NCBI GenBank assembly: GCA_964016885.1
Contig: OZ024742.1
Span: 97,464,001-97,528,000 of the forward strand
Reading direction: 5' to 3'
DNA: 64,000 nt
From: Eledone cirrhosa
Lineage: Eukaryota
A model generated the notes under the pieces. It was not told the origin of the DNA. It ran no database searches and saw only the letters and a list, made by a program, of their open reading frames with translations. This document shows, piece by piece, positions 1 through 12,440 of this stretch. The position numbers and the translations under genes are program-made. The number at the start of each line of letters is the position of its first letter. The stretch's first letter is position 1.

Positions 1-58
1 TGTGTTTGTCTGTTAGTATGTAATGGTTGTGTGGATGTGTGCACATATGTATATATAT

Positions 59-94
<36 letters not shown>

Positions 95-324
95 TACAAT
101 GATTATATAGATTTATTTATAAATGTATATAAATTTGTATACATACATATAAGCACACACATATGTACATGTATAAAGATGTATATTTTATTGAAAACAT
201 GACTTTTTCTAGTTTTATAATTTTCTTTATTTTTTTAGTTTTTTATTCATATATAGCCCAGGCAGTTTCTTTAGAACAATGAAGTCTCAAGCTCCACTAT
301 TAATATTTTTAGACATATTAGACG

Positions 325-512
325 GGCGGTGGATTGGCAGTATCGGTAGAGGGTTGTATGCCATGCTTTGCAGTACAGTTACGTCCCTTTACGATCTGAG
401 TTCAAATCCCACCGAGGTTAACTTTGCCTTTCATCCTTACGAGGTCGATAAAATAAAGTACCAGTAATACACTGGGATAATTGCTGGCCTTGTGCCAAAA
501 GTAGAAACAATT
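325..512 (+). mobile_element. tRNA-derived SINE (family A), full length, with 18-bp target-site duplication
   Basis: Head GGCGGTGGATTGGCAGTATCGG (A-box-like), B-box GAGTTCAAATCC, conserved body TTAACTTTGCCTTTCATCC..GGTCGATAAAATAAAGTACCAGT and tail GCTGGCCTTGTGCCAAAAGTAGAAACAATT, found in many copies in the window. ATTAATATTTTTAGACAT is repeated at 299-316 and 510-527. Confidence 0.85.
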
Positions 513-1794
513 AATATTTTTAGACATCACCGTCTCATCTTCTGGATGTGAAATGTTGTTGACATATCTAACTGTCTGTTTTATAGTTGGCACATATAGT
601 TTATGTAGACTTTATTCACAGAAATTGAAATATAATTCTGGTATCTATACATCATCAGTCACATGTCTGTTTTGTGTATGTATTAGGAGTAATATTTCCA
701 TAAGTAATAACATATTTTTGTGGGGAACTTTGTTTAGTATGGATGCATTATTTGCTAATGTTTTCCTATCTAACTTAATTTATTGTTGTGTGGTGCAGTA
801 TCACAATTGTTTTGTTGGAATCTAATAGTGTGCCCAAGAAAAAATGTTGTAATTGTATTGACCACTGGAGTCTTGAAGTTTATGACTTTCACTTTTCCAA
901 TTAATAATGAGATTTATATATTTGAGCGTAAATGTTCAAGTTGAATGTGAAAGAAGAATTTAAACAATCAAATATGGGAAAGAATGGGAAAAAGGAGAAA
1001 CGTGTTCATAAATTCTGCATACATGCACTCACTGCTCACACATGGATGAATATAAATCTGTCATATCCACTGAAGCCAGTTTTTCTTATGTTGAAACAAC
1101 AATGTATGACAATTGAATGGATCTTACAATACAGCAGCCATATGGAGTAAAAACTATGCTATGCACCATTTAGAGATTATTTAATTGATCATTTAAGGAC
1201 ATGAAGAATTCACCTCTAGTCATGTCACCATCTTGCCTGTCTGCTCTTGTATAAATTCCTTAGGCAAATATACATACTCCTTTGCAACATACCTATGGCA
1301 TGTCTCTTTCTTTGCCTGAATTCATCCTAGGTCTAAAACATCTCTTTGGCTTGTAATGCTAGAGCTATTGTTGGCATATTTATTAATATCATACAAGTTT
1401 GTTGTTGTTGTTGGTATTCTTGTATATATATGCATTTTTGTGAGGAAAATAGTAAATGTTTCTGTGTATGAATGTATCTGTTTGTCTCATTGTAAGCTTT
1501 TGTTAATCTTTTGTTATTTAACCATGTTATCTGTTATTAATTACATTTTTGCGTATTTGAAAATTATCATCATTTTCATTTGAAGGGGTGCTACTACATT
1601 TCATATCAATACCTCTTAGTGCTCCTTAAGTATAATCTATATTGGTTAGATTGTAAATAGGTAATTCTTTTTTAATTTAAAAACAGATCCGTTTCTACTC
1701 TATGAATAAGAATAGATGGTGGAATATTTAAAATCTTTTGCTTGCAAAATAATCCAAAATATCTTCAAGTAAGATTTCTGATACCACAAAAAAT

Positions 1795-2045
1795 ACACTC
1801 AGCCCACAGTATTAAGTAGTAGTGCTGGTAGCATGGTAAAAGGCATCCAGTTCAACCTGTGAAGGAGTAGTGGTGGTGCACCTGGTACATGCTGGGAAGT
1901 GGTTGGCATTAGGAAGAACATCCAGCTGTAGATATCACACCAAAATTCAATATACAAGCCCTGTCTGGCCTGAGAATGTAACAACTCGCCTAATGCTTGT
2001 AAACATGGGAAACAGATGTAAAATGGTGAAGATGATGATGATTTC
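1795..2045 (+). mobile_element. RTE-type 3' tail fragment (LINE or partner SINE)
   Basis: GGTTGGCATTAGGAAGAACATCCAGCTGTAGA...CATGGGAAACAGATGTAAAATG(GAT)n matches the 3' end of the RTE at 59668-60447. Confidence 0.6.
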
Positions 2046-2770
2046 TAACTGAAATATAAGACCAGCAATTTCAGAGAATGAAACATCTATTAAATAAAAC
2101 CCAGTTCTTTACTGGTAATTTAATTATCAACCACAAAAGGATCAAAGGGACCTTGTAACAAAGAACAGGAGCAAATATTGCAAATCATTTTGTCTGACCA
2201 CGCTATTACCAACTCTTTCTAATTTAGGCACATACCTATTATGTGACTGGTGTTTTAGTTATCAACACTGAAATAAAGAAACATAAAGTTGACTTCAGCA
2301 GGATTAGAAGTATGAATGGAAAGAGCCAGAACAAACACTGCTAGGTATTTTATCAAATATTTTACTGCTTTTCCTAATCCACCACTCTAATAATAATAGT
2401 TTCTATTTTAGGCACAATGCCAACAATTTTTGCAGTAGGGAAAATGTCGATTAATTTGAGTCTAGTACTACCCTAGTACATTGTCTACGGACCCCAAAAA
2501 GATGAAAAGAAAAGTTTTGCCTCAAAAGTCAGAGAATTGTAACTAAATATCTCTTTTTAACAATGACGCAAAGCCAGTAATTTAGGGAAAAAAGGGGAAA
2601 GTCAGTTACATCGACCATAGTACATAAATGGTACTTTACTTTATTGAACTTGGCAAGATGAAAGCAAAGTTGACTTTTGTGGGATTTGAAATTCAGAATG
2701 CAGAGAGTTGTAACTAAACACTACAAAGCATTTTGACTGACACTACCAATACTACCAATCCACTGCCATA
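2041..2770 (-). mobile_element. Degenerate head-to-tail array of about 4 family-A SINEs
   Basis: Recurring reverse-complement motifs TTTCTA..TTAGGCACAA, ACTGGTACTTT, AAAGTTGACTT..GGATTTGAA at roughly 180-bp spacing. Confidence 0.6.
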
Positions 2771-3089
2771 TTTGTAACTAACTATTGCAAGACATTATAT
2801 TCAATGATCTACCAATTTTGCCAATCCAATAATACAAAAAGAATAGCCACCAACAATAAGAATGTACCAGGCAACAGAGAATGTATTCACTTCATTATAA
2901 CATGGTAATTTATAATATAAAGTGTTAGTTACAATAAGGGGTGGGGAGCAGACATTACAGTTTGAAAATATTATAAATATGAGGTGAATATATACAAAGT
3001 AGGTACAGAATACATCTTACTTAGCTGACTGATAGAAGATAAAAAACAGACATTTATTATTGAAAAAAGCTGGCAGATGATAGCCATAT

Positions 3090-3773
<684 letters not shown>

Positions 3774-3856
3774 TTTGTATATATACGTATAAGTATGTAT
3801 ATATACCTATATATATATATATATATATGTATATGTACATATATAGATATATATGC

Positions 3857-3891
<35 letters not shown>

Positions 3892-3930
3892 CGTATATAT
3901 ATATATACGTATATATATATATATGTACAC

Positions 3931-3973
<43 letters not shown>

Positions 3974-4049
3974 TATAGGTATATATACATACACGTATAT
4001 ATACAAACATATATATATACATATATATATACATGCATGTATCTATATA

Positions 4050-4138
<89 letters not shown>
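3774..4138. repeat. Imperfect (TA)n/(CA)n microsatellite
   Basis: Seen directly. Confidence 0.95.
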
Positions 4139-4140
<2 letters not shown>

Positions 4141-5143
4141 TTATCATTTAACGTCTGTTTTTCATGCTAGCAACGATTGAAATCTACACACACATACAAA
4201 TAGATATAAATATATAAATATATTTACTTTCATCTATACATATTCACACACACTTGCACATATTCATATATGTATGCAATGGAAAGTGTATATAGCAACA
4301 TTTATAGAATGTGTTTGTTTGTTACCAACAAAAGCCCAACTATTAAATATACAAGCTGACTCCGTGCTAAATATTAGAAGAATAATATCAACTGAGAAAA
4401 TATTCAAATTTTTATGTGTCTGGCAAAGATGTATTTAATTGAAAAAAATGTATATCAATGTGTTGTAGACTGTGTGATGATGATGATGCGAATGTTAGTA
4501 TTGTTTGTCATGGTGATGATAGTATGATGATGAAGAAAATATAAGCATTTATAGTGATGGCGATGATGATGAAAATATGAGTTTTTATAGTGATGGTGAT
4601 TGCTGATGGAAATATGAGTATTTATAGTGATGATAGTGGTGTTTGTGGTAATGATGATAACAGCAATGATAATAATGCTTTAACTCTTTTATTGCCATAT
4701 TAGCAATGAAAGACATTGCCAATGATTTTCAAATAACTGTGAAGATAATCATGAATTTGAAGAGATTTTTTTAATATAACTAACTTTCTCATTGCTTGAA
4801 ACATAATGTAAATGTTCCTATATATAACTGTATTCGAAGGTTTTGAGATATATGCCGATACTTTAAAACATGCAGCTTTGTTTCATAAACAAAGGACAGT
4901 TTCAGGCAGTTTCATAGCAAAATACATGTAAGGTGGTTGTAATGGTAACATGACAAAAAATATCTGGTCCACTTTGTAAGGTTGTAGTACTAGTGCCATT
5001 AAAAAAGCTTCTAATACCCACTGTAAGATGGTTGGCATTTGGAAAGGCATCCAGACATATAAAACCAAGTCATCATCATCATCAGCAACAATATCATCAC
5101 TCTAACATTACTATAACACAAAATTTACTGTAATACTTCTTAT

Positions 5144-5320
5144 TCACCAACTTATTCCTGAATGAATTGTGGGAGCTGTATACTCAGACATGTACTCCAT
5201 GAGGTCCCATCTGAAGCGGGATCGCCAAGTCAGACCAATCAAGCTCATGAATGCTATCCAGTTATTTTGCTTGTCATCTACCTCTGGGTCTCCTGCTGGT
5301 TTTGCCTCTAAAATCTGTCC
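5144..5320 (-). mobile_element. Decayed RTE-clade LINE C-terminal fragment
   Basis: Minus strand reads QILEAKPAG, then after a frameshift RPRGR*QAK*LDSIHELDWSDLAIP, the typical RTE/Rex3 'RPRGRP..W' C-terminal motif. Confidence 0.55.
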
Positions 5321-5987
5321 TTTTCAAGTAATTTATAAATCATAAAAAATTATCCATCTTGTATGTGATACAATTTTATGAATACTCAGTTGGATATAGG
5401 GTACACAACACTCTCATTGTTGACAATATTATTAAGAGAAGCATTATCTTATTTCATTCTAGAATAGTGTTATAAATAAACAATTCTGTATCAACACCCT
5501 ATTAAAGCACACTTTCTAATGCCAGCCCCATTACAATATTGATTGGAATTATTTTATGATGCCTCCAATAGTACCACCTTACAGGATGAACAGGGTGCAC
5601 CAACACTACCACTTTACAAGGTAGGCTGGATGCATTTTATCATCACAGTTTAACCAAGATATAACTATAGATGATGTGTGACATCTAGTTATGTTACTTA
5701 CATACAATTATATATGGAATATTATTTCAAGAGTATGTACATAGGAATACTCAATTTAATTTACAAAGTATAAATATTTATATGTATTATTTATTTTTAT
5801 ATTTATTCTTAGCCATTATCTGCCTACTGTAAGGTGAAAACCTCCCTAAGCTTCAGCCAATTGTTCCTAATTTTTGCCAATCTCCTTAGTGTAATATCCA
5901 TAAACTTATCAGATCACATCTTTCCATCTTATCCTCAGTCTTCCTTGACTAGATGACACTGTTCTCCTTAATTTCTTTTTATAGGAA

Positions 5988-6310
5988 TGTAGGCATTGTT
6001 GAATGGTTAAGAAGTTTGCTTCACAAATATAAAGTTCCCTAGATCAATCCTTTTGTGCGAAATATTCAGATACCTTTAACATAGTCTTTCATTTATCTAA
6101 ACTTTGTGAATGAAATTCAGTAAATGGAAACTGTGTAGATGTCCAGTGGATATATCGCCCTTGTAATTCAAAGGTCCAGCCTTGTGACATTTTCTCTCAC
6201 ACTAATTGGGCTTGGAAGTTATGTTAAGGATACATGTATTGGTGGAGTACTCAGCAACTTACATCTTAATTTATGGGTTGACCAAACAACTGAATGCACA
6301 TTGTCAAACT
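5988..6310 (+). mobile_element. Old SINE-like interspersed repeat (family C)
   Basis: tRNA-like head TGGTTAAGAAGTTTGCTTC. Body GGAAACTGT..TAATTCAAAGG..TTAAGG.TA..TG..GGAGTACTCAGC is similar to 51470-51690. Confidence 0.5.
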
Positions 6311-6319
6311 TAAAGGAGG

Positions 6320-6715
6320 ATTCATCGTTGTCACTGCTTAACATCTATTTTTAATACTTGCATGAGTTGGATGGGCTGCCATGTGATGAGGCTTAATAGG
6401 TGAGGTAACCATGTCTTGCTCATATGTTTCAGTTTGGTTTAGATTTCTATGGCAGGATGCCTTTCCTAATACCAACCACCATTAATTGTGTGGTTGATTT
6501 GTTTGTGTCATCAGCATGACCACCTTATAGAGTGAACTGGATGTTTTGGTGCTGTGGCACCAGAACAACCACATTGCAATGTGGATCTGATGTTTTTCTT
6601 TATGGCATCAGCACTATCACCTTACAGTGCAGATTGAGTGCTTTTTATTATGGCATCATCACTACCAACTTACAGGATATTTTTTATCATCATACTACTT
6701 CACTACAACATTAGG
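6320..6715 (-). mobile_element. RTE-type 3' UTR/tail fragment with ~45-bp tandem units
   Basis: GGATGCCTTTCCTAATACCAACCAC is the reverse complement of the RTE tail motif; repeated CACCTTACAG/GGCATCAGCACT units. Confidence 0.55.
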
Positions 6716-6919
6716 TTGTTTGGTGTGCTAAAGTGGGGAGATGTTGACAGGAGTTGGTTCTGGTGTAAAAAGTGAGAGGGAGCAGGCTATATGCATATAA
6801 TATATTAAATGTATTTTAAAGTATATGTTATGAGTATAGTATTTTACAAACATAGATCCATAAATCCAAATACAACTATCTAAAGAAAAAATATTTTCTC
6901 CAATTTGGTGGAAAACTAA

Positions 6920-7116
6920 AAAGTGGATTGCCTTGTATGGTCCTACATAGTCGTCTATATTATCTAGCTGTTTAACTTGAGAATCATACTTATCCAAACT
7001 CTGGCCTACAAGTTGGGTTGCACATAACACACAACTTTTTACAATGCTCTCTTGTTTTCACCTTTTGCTCTTGTCGAGTCACTGCCTTTGCCATTTCCAG
7101 TATGTGACTCATAACC
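6920..7116 (-). mobile_element. Decayed RTE-clade LINE RT C-terminal fragment
   Basis: Minus-strand translation VKTR..CV....../YDSQVKQLD../RRLCRTIQG fits the RTE segment 'KTKLRVY.ACVL..LLYGSETW..Y....K.L..F..RCLR.I.GI', with stops and frameshifts. Confidence 0.4.
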
Positions 7117-7901
7117 CTACATTCATGATAAAGAAAATAAAAACATTGTGGACCAAAATCTGGTTTTATCTTGAAAAAGAATCACCATCAGTAAATCTGT
7201 AAATGTGTAGATGATAAAATTATTCATGATATGAATTTCTTCAATTTATATAATTCAAAAATTATCTGACTCAAAGGAGATACAATTTCATGCATATAAA
7301 AATAGATCTAGTCAAGTTATATAGAGTGTTGACATATGGATAAACATAGCGGGCAGAAGCAATATCTTGTATTACTCTAAAACAGTGTCACAAATAATTG
7401 AATTTAGATTGAGTACTCTTACGTATAACATCTTGAATTGATATAATATAATAAAATTAATATCAACACAGTTATTGAGTATGTATAACGTTATTTTAAG
7501 ACTATACAAGATAATGCTTCTTCTTTCAACAATGTTTTTCTGTTAAAATGAGAATGATATATACACTGAGTACATCTACTTGTTTATTCATAAAATTGTA
7601 TCTCCTTCGACACAGATAATGTTTGAATTTTATGAATTGAAGAACTTTATATAATGAATAAATTTGTCATCTACACATTTACTGTCTTAGTGTGTGTGTT
7701 TGTGTATGCATGTATATGTGCTGTGTGTGCATGTGCATATGTGTGCATGCATATATATGTGTTGTGTGTAGATGTGTTGTGTCTTTACGTGTGTATAAAC
7801 AGTATGGGTTGGTGTACTGGTACATATTCCTCACTTGTAATTTGTTTTTCTAGATTTCCAAATAATCAATTCATTTGATGATACGAATATTCACAAACAG
7901 A

Positions 7902-7906
<5 letters not shown>

Positions 7907-7998
<92 letters not shown>

Positions 7999-8004
7999 GT
8001 ATAT

Positions 8005-8068
<64 letters not shown>
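7907..8068. repeat. (TA)n microsatellite
   Basis: Seen directly. Confidence 0.95.
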
Positions 8069-9067
<999 letters not shown>

Positions 9068-9069
9068 AG

Positions 9070-9510
9070 TAGTGATGGTGCTGTGATAAAATGTATCCAG
9101 AACAATTCTGTAAAGTGGAAGCACTGGTGCTGCAATAAAATGTCCCAGTACTCATTGCAAAGTGGTAGGCATTAAGAAGAGCATCCCTCTGATCCATTTA
9201 ATGTTGGATCATGACAACCCATCTAACTGATGCCAACATGGAAAACGGACATAAGAGGATGTTGTTGATGATATATATATATATATCAACATCATTTTTA
9301 CATCTGTTTTCCATTCTTGAATAGGTTATATCTGTCGTCTCCAGTGCAGCATCTAGCCATGTGTTTCTTTCTTGTTTTCATATCTTTTGTGAAGTTTAGT
9401 TTCTTGAAATCAACTTCTACCACTCCTGCTAAAATATTTCTAGGTCTTACATACCCACAGTGCCTTCCACTTGGAACTCCTGGCATTTCTTCATGTAATG
9501 ACCATCATTA
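9070..9510. mobile_element. Two RTE-type fragments tail to tail (9070-9270 +, 9287-9510 -)
   Basis: Plus-strand tail GCATTAAGAAGAGCATCC..CATGGAAAACGGAC. The minus-strand piece reads MKKCQEFQVEG..G..RPR....VVEVD (RTE C-terminus). Confidence 0.55.
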
Positions 9511-10084
9511 ATACACATTACATATCTGTCAGAGCTGCCTTCATTTCATACTGGCTTGGGATGGCAAGGACCTTTGAGGCTGTGTTTAACAGCTGGATAC
9601 TTTACCTGATACCAATCCTTTTAGTTGCCTCTTTTGACAACACGGAGTATGAACTTATTTTAAATGGTGCGATTTCACATAGTATTGAAGTATCACAGAT
9701 TAAGTAATATGTATCATACATTTATTTTGAAATATAAGCAAAGAAAAACACCTGGGAGATAAACCTCTTGGATATGACACCTAAAATATATATTTCATAT
9801 ATTGGCAAACTATCTACTTTACACTCAGAATGGAGTAATATCTGAGAAATGTTATATCCAATATCAAAGAATATCAATGGAATATATATTTTACATCTAA
9901 TATTCAAATATATCAGTAAAACACTAAATTCTTACATCTAATATCAAAAGATATCACTGAAATATCTATTTTTTAATATCCAATATCAAAAGGATATAAG
10001 AAAAAAGAGTACATTATGTAGCCAATATCAATAACGTAACTATAAAATATTTATTTCACACCAAATGCCAAGATATCATGATGA

Positions 10085-10260
10085 ATCATAGATGAGCTGA
10101 GAGAAAATATAGCCACAACAGGAATCAGATGCCATGTGCAAAGAGAGAAGATTGCACTGATGTGGACATGTAAAACATATGGATGATGATTGTTGGATGA
10201 AGTTGCAATAGTTCCAAGTGGAAATAAGCTGCAAAAGAAGACCAAGGAAAACCTGATATC
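10085..10260 (+). mobile_element. Decayed RTE C-terminal fragment
   Basis: DELRENI...GIRC...RRL..GHV.HMDDD.W....V....RRPRKT* parallels the ORF at 59687-60058. Confidence 0.55.
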
Positions 10261-10411
10261 AGCTCTCATCAGAGGTGATGAGAGCTGATATCAAAACGTT
10301 AATCCTCACAGCAGTGTTGAAGAGTGAGGGGTGAAGGTAAAATATAGGGGTCAATTTTGCTTTAAAATGCTTTTCCAAAACTGTGCAAGAATGAAAATGG
10401 TTGTGCAAAAT

Positions 10412-10725
10412 AATCGTTTCTATTTTTGGCACAAGGCCCGCAATTAACCAGTACATTACTGGTACGTTATTTTATCGACCCCGTAAGGGTGAAAGGCAAA
10501 GTTAACCTCGGCAGGATTTGAACTCAGAATGGCAAGGGCCGTAACTCTATGCATCAAAGCAAGGTGTCCGACCCTCTGCATAAATAATTGTTTCTACTTT
10601 AGGCACAAGGCCAGCAATTACCCAGTGCATTACTGGTACTTTATTTTATCGACCCCCGTAAGGATGAAAGGGACGTAACTATGCTGGAAAGCATGGCGTC
10701 CGACTCTCTACCGATACTGCCAATA
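10412..10725 (-). mobile_element. Two head-to-tail family-A SINEs
   Basis: Reverse complement of the 325-512 element twice; the second copy has an internal deletion. Confidence 0.8.
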
Positions 10726-11187
10726 ATGATGGTGATGAAGGTTCTTAATATTGAAATTTATACTAAATTCCTCCAAATTCTTGATTATTTTCAAAATAAC
10801 TTGAAACTTTAGGCAGTATTTTACATAAGAAAGATGCTAATTAAAAAGTGAACTTCTATGCTCAATCTTTCTATGCCACAGCATGAAACTTCTGTAATTC
10901 CTTGCATATCCAGGTTTGTTTGTTTTTGTTTTGATTATCTCACAGCAGATGTTGATTTAGAGCTGTTCAAACTGAACATAAAGCCTAAAGATTTTATCAA
11001 ACTCGAAGAGATTATGAAGAATATGGGCACAATCCCTGCCTTCTGATTATCACATGAATTAAACCAAATAATAATAAGAATTAACGCAGCACACAGATTA
11101 ATATTGCAAAGCATATAGTCCACATTTGATATTATTAGATTAATCAAATAGTTAATAGCTATCAATAGTATACATGATGATGATTAA

Positions 11188-11220
<33 letters not shown>

Positions 11221-11809
11221 TGTCTGATGGAGAATATATACATATAGCAGTATGATGTCTACTTCATATTCAATATCAAAGACTAGCAAAATGTCGCATA
11301 CTTTAGTTTTATTGTCAATGGATATATATTTAAATAAATTTACATTCCAGTATCAAACAGATCGATAACTATATTCACAAATAACAAATGATATCATTAA
11401 ATTGGCTTAGATCTAATTTCAATAAGATATCAGAAAAAATATCGATTATTCATCAAATATCAAAGGATATTGCTGGATTATCTCTCTCTTCTAAGAAAGA
11501 ATATCACTGAATTACTTAATATCACACAAACATAGAATGATTGATATCACCAAATTAGAATACTACAATCAACTAAACTAGACATTTGATATCATACGCT
11601 ACAAGTTAATTACATACGATATGAATTCCTCACATATACAAAGAGATAGATGTTTGAGATAGATTTACAGTATATAATTTTCTCTGAGATATTAGTTAGC
11701 AAGGATATTGTTGAAAGCTTTGTCCTCATGCTGTAATTCATGAGATAATAATTCACTAGAGTGGGTATTATATGTGAGAATAAAATTGAAGATTTTGTAA
11801 TTTTAGTGA

Positions 11810-12440
11810 TGTGTTGGAGTAAATAGAAGTGATGGTGATTGAAGAGATTTGATAGAAACTATATTGGTGTATTAGTGACTGTTGTAATGTGGTGGAGGGT
11901 GTTGTGGTGTTTTTTGTAGTGTTGTAGTGGTTGTAATAGTGTGATGATGGTTGTAATGGTGTGGTGATGTTTGTCATAGTGTGGTGGTGGATGTTGTAGT
12001 GGTTGTAGTAGTGTTGTGGTGGTTGTAATAGTGTGGTGATGGTTGTAATGGTGTGGTGATGGCTGTCATATTGGTGTATTAGTGACTGTTGTAATGTGGT
12101 GGAGGGTGTTGTGGTGTTTTTTGTAGTGTTGTAGTGGTTGTAATAGTGTGATGATGGTTGTAAAGGTGTGGTGATGTTTGTCATAGTGTGGTGGTGGATG
12201 TTGTAGTGGTTGTAGTAGTGTTGTGGTGGTTGTAATAGTGTGGTGATGGTTGTAATGGTGTGGTGATGGCTGTCATAGTGTGGTGATGGCTGTAGTAGTG
12301 GTTGTAGTAGTGTTGTGGTGGTTGTAATAGTGTGATGATGGTTGTAATGGTGTTGTGATGGTTGTAGTGGTGTTTGTAGTGGTGTTGTGGTGGTTGTAAT
12401 AGTTGATGATGGTTGTAGCAGTGTGGTGATGGTGACAGTA
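11810..12440. repeat. Degenerate G/T-rich ~20-bp repeat region leading into the satellite, with a 207-bp duplication
   Basis: ATATTGGTGTATTAGTGACTGTTGTAATGTGGTGGAGGG at 11861 and 12068; GTTGTAATGGTGTGGTGATG-like units. Confidence 0.8.

Larger units (their letters stand above)
9745..11760. repeat. Relic ~41-bp AT-rich tandem repeat (two blocks, ~9745-10080 and ~11260-11760) split by RTE and SINE insertions
   Basis: Recurring unit approximately TTACATCTAATATCAAAAGATATCACTGAAATATCTATTTT on both sides of the inserted elements. Confidence 0.55.

Noticed and set aside
325-420. tRNA genes at SINE heads (also 3432, 43270-43361, 46105)
   Set aside because: A and B boxes are present, but the sequence continues into repeat bodies and I see no full cloverleaf; these are SINE promoters
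900-1350. Coding-looking stretch (72-aa ORF 932-1150 and neighbours)
   Set aside because: No recognisable motif, stops in the alternative frames and no convincing splice pair; at most an unidentifiable decayed repeat
5144-7116. Apparent two-exon minus-strand gene end (7062-7116 spliced in frame to 5144-5314: VMSHILEMAK..ILEAKPAGDPEV..W*)
   Set aside because: Both pieces resolve, with frameshifts, into RTE LINE motifs (RPRGR..W; KT...CV..RRL.RTI.G); splice signals are weak
10945-11046. Possible terminal exon DVDLELFKLNIKPKDFIKLEEIMKNMGTIPAF after a pyrimidine tract
   Set aside because: Fits the extreme C-terminus of a decayed RTE (D....LNI...D...L) and has no partner exons; not supportable as a host exon
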